Positions 18,824 to 26,583 of a DNA stretch of 64,000 nt are shown here, one piece after another. The stretch is from assembly GCA_031459915.1 (NCBI GenBank), contig JAVKHO010000004.1, positions 120,858-184,857 on the forward strand, given 5' to 3'. A program made the position numbers and the translations under genes. The notes beneath the pieces are model-generated. The model saw only the letters and a program-made list of their open reading frames with translations, made no database searches and was not told the DNA's origin. Positions within the stretch are counted from its first letter, which is position 1. Each line of letters begins with the position of its first letter. Source of the stretch: Candidatus Tepidifontimicrobium thermophilum (GTDB lineage: Bacteria > Sysuimicrobiota > Sysuimicrobiia > Sysuimicrobiales > Sysuimicrobiaceae).

Positions 18824-19876
18824 TTACCAGGTGACCACGTGAAAGCCGGAGGTCTCGAACCGGTTCATGGCCTCCAGGACGTCGTTAACCTCGTCCAGGC
18901 GTATGGTGCGCGCCACCAGCCTAGCAGGCGACAGCCGGCCCGAGGCCACCAGGGCCAGCAGGCCCCGGAAGGCCCATCCCGGACAGCCCGCGCTGCCCAG
19001 CAAGCTGAGCTCCAGGAGCACCGCCCGGTCCACGGGGATGGGCACGGAGCCCTGGTCCTCCCGGCCGGTCAGCCCCACCTGAACCACCCGGCCGCCGCGT
19101 CGGACGCAGCGCACCGCCTGCTGGATCGTCTGCGCCAGGCCCACGGCCTCCACCGCCACGTGCGCCCCCTCCCCGTCGGCCAGGTCGCGGATACGTCGGA
19201 CGGGGTCCTCGGCGGAAGCATCCACGCAGACCACCGCACCTTCCCGCGCGGCCCTCTGGAGGTTCGCTTCCCGGACGTCCACGGCCACCACCTGCGCCCC
19301 CAGGGCGGAAGCGATCTGCACCGCCGACAGCCCCACCCCTCCGGCTCCGAACACCGCCACCCACTCGCCCGGACGGACCGCGGCGCGGTTGGCCACCGCG
19401 TGGTACGCGGTGGTGTACCGACACCCCAGGCTCGCCGCGGACACGAAGTCCACCGGTTCCGGCAGCCGTACGAGGTTAGCTTCCGCCTCGGGGACCCGAA
19501 CCCGCCGTGCGAAGGCACCGTCCAAGTCCACCCCCAGCACCCCGCGCCGGGGGCAGAGGTTGGACCGGCCCCTACGGCACAGCTCGCACCGTCCGCACGC
19601 GATCCGGAAGGGCACAGTCACCCGGTCGCCGGGGCGGAAACCCTCCACCGCGTCCCCCACCGCCTCCACCACCCCCGCGAACTCGTGCCCGAGCACCAGG
19701 GGCAGCTTCGGCCGCACCCCCACCCAGCCCCAGTCTCCGCGCCACACGTGCCAGTCGCTACGGCACACCCCGCACGCCTCCACCCGCACCACCGCGTCTG
19801 CGGGCCCGCACGCGGGCTCCGCGACCTCCCGCACTTCCAGGGGGACGCTGAACTGCACGAGGACCGCCGCCTGCAC
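18824..19876 (-). CDS. Zinc-dependent alcohol dehydrogenase (MDR family)
   Basis: CGVCRSD, GHEFAG, structural Zn CGRCELC..C, GAGGVG. Confidence 0.92.
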   Translation of the reverse strand: MQAAVLVQFSVPLEVREVAEPACGPADAVVRVEACGVCRSDWHVWRGDWGWVGVRPKLPLVLGHEFAGVVEAVGDAVEGFRPGDRVTVPFRIACGRCELCRRGRSNLCPRRGVLGVDLDGAFARRVRVPEAEANLVRLPEPVDFVSAASLGCRYTTAYHAVANRAAVRPGEWVAVFGAGGVGLSAVQIASALGAQVVAVDVREANLQRAAREGAVVCVDASAEDPVRRIRDLADGEGAHVAVEAVGLAQTIQQAVRCVRRGGRVVQVGLTGREDQGSVPIPVDRAVLLELSLLGSAGCPGWAFRGLLALVASGRLSPARLVARTIRLDEVNDVLEAMNRFETSGFHVVTW

Positions 19877-19937
19877 CTCGAACCTCCCGAGACCCTGAAG
19901 GAGTCGCGGCCGGGTCGGCTCCGTCAGACGCCCGGGG

Positions 19938-22379
19938 TCAGGCGCCTTCCGTCACGTACACCACCCGCAGGATCTCCTCGATGGTGGTGACCCCTTCCAG
20001 CACCTTACGGATCCCGTCGTCCCGCATGGTCCGGAAGCCTTCCGAGCGGGCCACCTCCCGGATCTCGTTGGCGGAGGCGCGCCGGACCACCCGCTCCCGG
20101 ATCCGGTCGCTCACCACCAGCAGCTCGTAGACCCCGGTCCGGCCCTTGTAGCCCGTCTGGCGACAGAAGTCGCAGCCGGCACCCCGGTACAGCACCAAGT
20201 CCTTCTCCTCCGCCAGCTCCTCCGACAGGCGCCGCACCGCCTCGCGGGGCGGTCGGTACGCCTCCTTGCACTTCGGGCAGATGGTCCGAGCGAGCCGCTG
20301 GGCCAGGACCCCAATCACCGACGACGTGATGAGGAACGGCTCGATGCCCATGTCCACCAGGCGGGTGAAGGCGCTGGGGGCGTCGTTGGTGTGCAGGGTG
20401 CTGAGCACCAGGTGGCCTGTGAGGGCCGCCTGCACCGCGATCTCCGCCGTCTCCCGGTCGCGGATCTCGCCCACCATGATCACGTCCGGGTCCTGCCGGA
20501 GGATACTCCGCAGCCCCGTGGCGAAGGTGAGCCCCGCCTTGGGGTTCACCTGGACCTGGTTGATGCGCGGGAGCTGGTACTCGACGGGGTCCTCCACTGT
20601 AATGATGTTCTTGTCGAGGGTGTTGATCTTGCTCAGCGTGGCGTACAGGGTCGTGGTCTTCCCGCTGCCGGTGGGTCCGGTCACCAGGATCATCCCGTAG
20701 GGCTTGCTGGCCAGCTCCTCCCACTGGGCCTGGACGTCGCTGGCCATGCCGAGCCGGTTCAGGCTGATGAGGGCGTTGGACTGGTCGAGGATGCGCATCA
20801 CCACCTTCTCCCCGAACATGGTGGGGAGGGTGGAGACGCGGAGGTCGATGTCCCGGCCGTCCACCTTCAGGTGGATCCGGCCGTCCTGAGGACGGCGCCG
20901 CTCCGCGATGTCCAGGTTCGCCACGATCTTGATGCGGGACACCAGGGCCGCCTTGAGGTTCTTCGGCGGCGACATGACGTCGTGGAGCACCCCGTCGATC
21001 CGGTAGCGGACGTGCAGCCCGTTGCGGTGGGGCTCGATGTGGATGTCCGAAGCCCCCTCCCGGATGGCCTGGTCCAGGATCACGTTGACCAGCTTCACCA
21101 CCGGGGCCTCGTCCACCATCTCCCGGAGTCGGTCGATGCTGACCTCCTCCTCGGCCGCCGCCTCCTCCTCCGTGACCACGGCCTGGTCGAAGATGGAGCC
21201 CACGTGGTAGTACTTGTTGATCGCCTGCATCAGCTCGTCCTCGGTGGTGATGCGGGCCTCCACGTCCATCCCGGTGACGAGCCGCACGTCGTCCAAGGCC
21301 AGCAGGTTCAGGGGATCCACCAGGGCCACCAGGAGGCGGTCCCCGTTCCGGCCGAAGGCCAGCACCTTGTGACGCGAGGCGATGTGCTGGGGTACCAGCC
21401 GTACCACCTCCGGGTCCACGGGGGTGTTGCTCAGGCTCACGTACGGGTAGCCCCACTGTACCCCGATGGCCTTCGCCAGGTCCTCCTCCGCGATCAGCCC
21501 CATGCGGACCAGGATGCGGCCCAGCCGCTCGCCGGTGCGGGCCTGGATCTCCAGGGCCTGCTGCAGCTGCGCTTCGTTCAGCAGCCCCATGCGGACCAGG
21601 ATGCCGCCCAGGGCTTCCCGCCGGACCAGGGTGGGCGCACCGGGACGCGCGGCGGCTCGGGGTCCGGAAGGAGGTGCTGGGGGAGTTGAAGCCGCCGGGT
21701 CCGGCACCGGCAGGGAGGCCGCAGAAGGCGGCGCGCCTGGCTCGTGCTGCACGGGCCGCTCGAACGTCTCGCGGGCCGGCACTTCGGCGGAACTCCGTTG
21801 GGCGGTCTCGGCCTGGCCCTGGGCTAGGTGCTCGAGTGCGGCGGCAGCCTCGAAGGGCGCCTGCGCCGCCTCCGGCCTCGGGGGGACCTCCCCTACGATC
21901 GGAGCGGCTTCCCCGTGCTGCTCCTCAGCCGGTTCGGGCGCCGGCCCCGGCTCTCCCGTCGCTGGGGACGGTTGGGCGTCCAGCCCACGGGCCGGTGCCG
22001 GGTGGCCGTCCGCCCTCGCTTCCAGGGCTTCGGCGCGCTCCAGGACGCTGACTGCCTCCTGGGAAAGCCCCAGCCTCTCGTACACCTCACCCAGCGCCAG
22101 GAGGACTACCGCAGCTTCCTTCATGAAGCCCCCGGACTGGTACAGGTCCGCGAGATCCAGATAGTGGATGGGCTCCTCCGGCGCCAGCTCGATGAGCTTT
22201 TTGTACTCCGCGATGGCCTCCTGCAGCCGGCCCGCGTGGGCGTGCCGGATGGCCTGGTGGTACCGCCACGCGCACTCCAGGGTCTGGTTGCCCGCAGGGA
22301 TCCCCAAAGATGCCTTGTACTCCCGGAGGGCAGCCAGCTCGGCCTCCGCCTGCTCGGCCTTCGTCCCGCTTGCCTTCAT
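19938..22379 (-). CDS. pilB: Type IV pilus extension ATPase PilB with N-terminal TPR, Pro/Ala linker and MshEN domain
   Basis: ASDIHIEP, LDIAERRRPQDG, GPTGSGKTTT, TVEDPVEY, LRQDPDVIMVGEIRD, TGHLVLSTLH, tetracysteine CPKC/CDFC. GGAGAGG RBS before ATG 22379 (alternative GTG start at 22403). Confidence 0.95.
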   Translation of the reverse strand: MKASGTKAEQAEAELAALREYKASLGIPAGNQTLECAWRYHQAIRHAHAGRLQEAIAEYKKLIELAPEEPIHYLDLADLYQSGGFMKEAAVVLLALGEVYERLGLSQEAVSVLERAEALEARADGHPAPARGLDAQPSPATGEPGPAPEPAEEQHGEAAPIVGEVPPRPEAAQAPFEAAAALEHLAQGQAETAQRSSAEVPARETFERPVQHEPGAPPSAASLPVPDPAASTPPAPPSGPRAAARPGAPTLVRREALGGILVRMGLLNEAQLQQALEIQARTGERLGRILVRMGLIAEEDLAKAIGVQWGYPYVSLSNTPVDPEVVRLVPQHIASRHKVLAFGRNGDRLLVALVDPLNLLALDDVRLVTGMDVEARITTEDELMQAINKYYHVGSIFDQAVVTEEEAAAEEEVSIDRLREMVDEAPVVKLVNVILDQAIREGASDIHIEPHRNGLHVRYRIDGVLHDVMSPPKNLKAALVSRIKIVANLDIAERRRPQDGRIHLKVDGRDIDLRVSTLPTMFGEKVVMRILDQSNALISLNRLGMASDVQAQWEELASKPYGMILVTGPTGSGKTTTLYATLSKINTLDKNIITVEDPVEYQLPRINQVQVNPKAGLTFATGLRSILRQDPDVIMVGEIRDRETAEIAVQAALTGHLVLSTLHTNDAPSAFTRLVDMGIEPFLITSSVIGVLAQRLARTICPKCKEAYRPPREAVRRLSEELAEEKDLVLYRGAGCDFCRQTGYKGRTGVYELLVVSDRIRERVVRRASANEIREVARSEGFRTMRDDGIRKVLEGVTTIEEILRVVYVTEGA

Positions 22380-22609
22380 GGTCCTCTCCCGGCTCCTCGC
22401 CACCGGTGCCCCCCGGCCACCGCCGTCCTTGCTCCCAGTCTACGCGAAGAGCAAGTATTGTACCCCGCCGCCAGCCGCCCCAGACCGCGGGCCCGGGGTT
22501 GACCGGAAAGTAGCACAGGTCCCCGGGGCCCGCAAGCCAACCCGATAGCCTGGAACGAAACTTGCTCCAACAGCCCCCTGAAGGACCTCACCGGGGCAGG
22601 AGGGAAGTG

Positions 22610-24175
22610 TTGACACCCATGGACGCACGGTACGAGCTGGACGTGGCGGTCGTGGCGGGCCTGATGGCCGACCGACACCTGATCAGCCTGGCCCTCAACG
22701 AGGGGTTCGCGCCAGAGATGCTGGACAACCCCGTGGCCCAGCGCCTGAGCAAGGTGGTGCTGGAACTGGCCATGGCCCGCGCGGCTCCCCTGGACCAAGT
22801 GAGCGTCCGTCACGAGGTGCACGAGCGGGGACTGCTGACCCCCGAGATGGAGCGATTGCTGCAGGCGGTGCGGATGACCCGTCCGCCCTCCGCTAGCCAG
22901 ATGGCCAGCTACCTGGACGCGCTCAAGGCGCGGGAGAGCCGCCGCAGGCTGGAGGCGGTCCAGCGCCGGATCCAGGACTTCCTCCGTCAGGGGGAACGCG
23001 CGGGCTCCCGGGACCTGGTCCGGTTCGTGGGCGAGGTGGTGGGGGAGCTGTTCGAGGTCCAGAAGCGGCGCCTGCGCCAGCGCCTGGTCCCCGTCGGGGA
23101 CCTGGTGGCCGAGCTCATCGAGAACGTCCAGAATCCCTCCGCGGGAGGCCTGCTGGGGTACTCCATCTCGCCCTTCGATCGGCTGAACCGGGTGCTCTCA
23201 GGGCTCCGGCCGGGCTTCTACTACGGGCTGGCCGGGGCTCCCCGGCGGGGCAAGACCAACCTGGCGTTGCAGCTGGCCAGCTACGTGGCCCGCAATCACC
23301 GCATCCCCGTCCTCTTCTACTCGTGGGAGCAGACGGCAAAGGTGTTGGCTGCACGGCTTCTGGCCAAGGAGATGCTGGTGAGCCCGGCGGACATCCTGGC
23401 GGGGACCGTGGACCGTTCCCCGCTCAGCCTGTCGAAGCTGCGGGCCGCGGAGGAAGAGGTGTACCGGTTCGCGCCCTACCTGTACCTGGTGGAGGCCGGG
23501 CGGAGGGACACCCTGGACCGGATCAAGGCCCACGCCTACAACGTGATGCAGGAGCACGACACCGACCGGATCCTCGTCTGCCTGGACTACCTGCAGAAGA
23601 TCCCCCTGGACGAGCCCATCGCGGACGACAAGGCCCGTACGGACCTGATCTCCTCACAGCTGGCGGAACTCAGCCTGGAGCTGCGGGCCCCGATTCTGGC
23701 TATCTCGCCCCTGGACAAGGAGGGCTGCCGGCTGGACGAGCGGCCTGCGGAGGACGACGGGGAGTCGGAGCTGTACGAGCGGCCCACCATGCACCACAGC
23801 GTGGGCTCAGGCGACCTGGAGTACGACCTGGACGTGGCCATGGTGCTGGTCAAGGACTGGAAGGCGACCCGGGACCTGCGGGATTACCTGGAGTCCAAGG
23901 CCCGGCAGGAGGGGCTGGACCCCGAAGAACTCCCCAGGATCGACATCCTCAACCTGTTCATCGACAAGAACCGGGACGCCCCGGAAGCAGAGTCCAACAT
24001 CGTGCAGTTCGCCTTCTTCATCACCCTGAACAAGTTCGTGGAGCTGGGCTACAAGCACGAGAAGGAGTACCGGGGCGACTTCCGGGGCTTCTCGAAGGTG
24101 GTGGAGATCTACAGCCAGCTCAAGGAGGCCGGGTTGCTGCACGCACCTCCGGAAGCCCTGGTGGCGGGCAGCTAG
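22610..24175 (+). CDS. Divergent DnaB-family (SF4) helicase-like ATPase
   Basis: DnaB-like N-terminal helical domain, H1 GAPRRGKT, H1a FYSWEQ, H2 DYLQ, H3 ISSQLAELSLELRAPILAISPL, H4 RPTMHHSVGSGDLEYDLD, DKNRD. AGGAGG RBS before TTG 22610 (or ATG 22619). Confidence 0.8.
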   Translation: MTPMDARYELDVAVVAGLMADRHLISLALNEGFAPEMLDNPVAQRLSKVVLELAMARAAPLDQVSVRHEVHERGLLTPEMERLLQAVRMTRPPSASQMASYLDALKARESRRRLEAVQRRIQDFLRQGERAGSRDLVRFVGEVVGELFEVQKRRLRQRLVPVGDLVAELIENVQNPSAGGLLGYSISPFDRLNRVLSGLRPGFYYGLAGAPRRGKTNLALQLASYVARNHRIPVLFYSWEQTAKVLAARLLAKEMLVSPADILAGTVDRSPLSLSKLRAAEEEVYRFAPYLYLVEAGRRDTLDRIKAHAYNVMQEHDTDRILVCLDYLQKIPLDEPIADDKARTDLISSQLAELSLELRAPILAISPLDKEGCRLDERPAEDDGESELYERPTMHHSVGSGDLEYDLDVAMVLVKDWKATRDLRDYLESKARQEGLDPEELPRIDILNLFIDKNRDAPEAESNIVQFAFFITLNKFVELGYKHEKEYRGDFRGFSKVVEIYSQLKEAGLLHAPPEALVAGS

Positions 24176-24199
24176 ACCGTGTACGGGGAGGTCTGAGGG

Positions 24200-25348
24200 A
24201 TGAACATCGAGCAGCTGCTGAAGGAAGTGGTGGACCGCCAGGGGTCCGACCTGCACCTCACGGCAGGGGTCCCCCCTATCATGCGGGTGTGGGGCAAGCT
24301 GACCCCCCTTGCGGGCTACCCGGTGCTGACCCCGGAGGACACCTACCAGTTGGCCTACAGCATGCTCAACACCCTGCAGAAGCAGAAGTTCGAGAAGAAC
24401 TGGGAGCTGGACCTGTCCTACGGGGTGCCCGGGCTCGGGCGGTTCCGGGTGAACGTGTACCGGCAGCGGGGGGCGGTGGGGGTGGCCATCCGGGTGATCC
24501 CCCACGAGGTCCCGCGCTTGGAGGACCTGAACCTCCCCAGTGTCCTGGTGGAACTCACCCGCAAGCCCCGGGGGTTGATCCTGGTCACGGGGCCCACGGG
24601 CCAGGGCAAGTCCACCACCCTGGCGGCCATGATCAACCAGATCAACGAAGAGCGCAGCTGCCACATCGTCACCATCGAGGACCCCATCGAGTACCTGCAC
24701 GAGCACAAGCGCAGCGTGATCAACCAGCGGGAGCTGGGCTTCGACACCCAGTCCTTTCCCAACGCCCTGCGGGCCGCCCTCCGGGAGGACCCGGACGTGG
24801 TCCTCATCGGCGAGATGCGGGACCTGGAGACCATCGCGGCGGCGCTCACCATCGCGGAGACCGGCCACCTGGTGTTCGCCACCCTGCACACCGCCAACGC
24901 CGCCCAGTCCGTGGACCGCATCATCGACGTGTTCCCGCCCCACCAGCAGCAGCAGGTGCGGGTGCAGCTGAGCTCGGTGCTGGAGGCCGTCATCAGCCAG
25001 ATCCTCCTGCCCAACCAGCTGTTCCTACGGCGCTTCGGAAGCCAGGAGAGCTACGCGGCGGCCCGCCGGGCCGGCGCGGTGGCCACCCTGCGGCGGACGT
25101 GGCCCACCCTGGAGGAGATCGGCCGGGTGCCCGCGGTGGAGGTCATGATCGCCACCCCCGCCATCCGCAACCTCATCCGGGAGGGGAAGACCCACCAGAT
25201 CGAGTCCGCCATCCAGACGGGTGCGGAGTGGGGGATGCAGACCATGGACCAGTCCCTGCGGGACCTGTACCAGCGGGGCCTGATCTCCTTCGAGGACGCC
25301 ATCGGGAAGGCCATTCATCCGGACGAGCTCCGCAAGATGATCGCCTGA
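24200..25348 (+). CDS. pilT: Type IV pilus retraction ATPase PilT
   Basis: GSDLHL, GPTGQGKSTT, TIEDPIE, ALREDPDVVLIGEMRD, AETGHLVFATLH, AIRNLIRE, GMQTMD. Confidence 0.96.
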   Translation: MNIEQLLKEVVDRQGSDLHLTAGVPPIMRVWGKLTPLAGYPVLTPEDTYQLAYSMLNTLQKQKFEKNWELDLSYGVPGLGRFRVNVYRQRGAVGVAIRVIPHEVPRLEDLNLPSVLVELTRKPRGLILVTGPTGQGKSTTLAAMINQINEERSCHIVTIEDPIEYLHEHKRSVINQRELGFDTQSFPNALRAALREDPDVVLIGEMRDLETIAAALTIAETGHLVFATLHTANAAQSVDRIIDVFPPHQQQQVRVQLSSVLEAVISQILLPNQLFLRRFGSQESYAAARRAGAVATLRRTWPTLEEIGRVPAVEVMIATPAIRNLIREGKTHQIESAIQTGAEWGMQTMDQSLRDLYQRGLISFEDAIGKAIHPDELRKMIA

Positions 25349-25365
25349 AACGGAGGAGGGTAGTT

Positions 25366-26583
25366 ATGGCGGTCTACCAGTACACCGCCCGCGACCAGAT
25401 GGGTCGGGTGGTGACGGGAACCCTGGAGGCGGAGAACGACGCCCAGGTGGCGGAGAAGCTCCACCAGATGGGCTTCTTCATCACCGCCATCGAGCGGGCC
25501 AAGGCCGGCCCCGGGGAGGCCCGCAGCTTCTTCGACCTGTTCCGCGGGATCTCCCTGCGGGACCTCGCCCTCATGAGCCGGCAGTTCTCCACCATGGTGA
25601 ACTCCGGCCTGACCCTGGTGCGGTCTTTGACCATCCTGGAACAGCAGACCACCAGCCACCGCCTGCGGGAGGTCCTGAGCAAGGTACGGGCGGACGTGGA
25701 GCAGGGCCGCACCCTGGCGGAGGCGCTGTCCAAGCACCCGCAGGCCTTCAGCTCCCTGTACGTGAACATGGTCCGGGCAGGGGAGGCGGGCGGAGTCCTG
25801 GACGACGTCCTGCAGCGCCTAGCGACCTTCCTGGAGAAGGAGTTCGCCCTGCGGCAGAAGATCAAGTCCGCCATGGTGTACCCTGTCATCCTGACCCTGG
25901 CGGCCACGGGAGCCTTGCTCTTTATGACCATGGTCATCATCCCGCAGTTCGTGGTCTTCTTCCAGGAGCTGAACGTGGGCGACCTGCCCGTGCCCACCAA
26001 GATCGTCATGGCAATTAGCTACGTCCTCCGGACCTTCTGGTACGTGTGGATCCCGGGGATCGCGGTGGCGGTGTGGGGCTTCCTGCGGTGGCTGCGGACG
26101 CCGGTGGGCAAGGCGTGGTGGGACCGGACGAAGCTCCACCTCCCGGTGTTCGGGTCCGTGATCCAGAAGACCGTCCTGGCGCGGTTCGCCCGAACCCTCG
26201 GCACCCTGCTGGGCGCGGGCGTGCCGTTGCTGCAGTCCTTCGACGTGACCAGCAAGGCCGTGGACAACGTGGTGGTGGAGGAGGCCATCCGGAAGGTCCG
26301 CGCCAGCATCCGGGAAGGCGAGAGCATCGCCCTCCCCCTGTCCCAGGTGGAGCTGTTCCCTCCCATGGTGGTGCAGATGGTGAAGGTGGGGGAGGAGGCC
26401 GGTAACCTGGACGAGATGCTGGTGAAGGTGGCGGACTTCTACGACACGGAGGTGGAAGCCGCGGTGGCCGCCCTGGCCAGCACCCTGGAGCCCGCCATGA
26501 TCGTGTTCATGGGCCTGGTGGTGGGGGCCATGGTTGTCTCCCTGTACCTGCCCATCTTCCAGCTGGCCGCGAAGGCGGGATAG
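25366..26583 (+). CDS. pilC: Type IV pilus inner-membrane platform protein PilC (T2SS F family)
   Basis: RQFSTMVNSGL, YVNMVRAGEAGGVLD, KIKSAMVYP, MVKVGEEAGNLD, LYLPIF. GGAGG RBS. Confidence 0.96.
   Translation: MAVYQYTARDQMGRVVTGTLEAENDAQVAEKLHQMGFFITAIERAKAGPGEARSFFDLFRGISLRDLALMSRQFSTMVNSGLTLVRSLTILEQQTTSHRLREVLSKVRADVEQGRTLAEALSKHPQAFSSLYVNMVRAGEAGGVLDDVLQRLATFLEKEFALRQKIKSAMVYPVILTLAATGALLFMTMVIIPQFVVFFQELNVGDLPVPTKIVMAISYVLRTFWYVWIPGIAVAVWGFLRWLRTPVGKAWWDRTKLHLPVFGSVIQKTVLARFARTLGTLLGAGVPLLQSFDVTSKAVDNVVVEEAIRKVRASIREGESIALPLSQVELFPPMVVQMVKVGEEAGNLDEMLVKVADFYDTEVEAAVAALASTLEPAMIVFMGLVVGAMVVSLYLPIFQLAAKAG

Noticed and set aside
22440..22560. Promoters between pilB and the DnaB-like gene (TACAAT on minus; TTGACC on plus)
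   Set aside because: Each lacks a correctly spaced partner box, so neither is supportable.
22610..24175. DnaB-like gene as a prophage or ICE remnant
   Set aside because: No integrase, primase, att site or compositional shift is evident; codon style matches the neighbouring pil genes.
23323..26583. 1086-aa ORF suggesting a large PilC fusion
   Set aside because: The upstream part is an off-frame read of dnaB-like/pilT. The real pilC starts at ATG 25366 with a GGAGG RBS.
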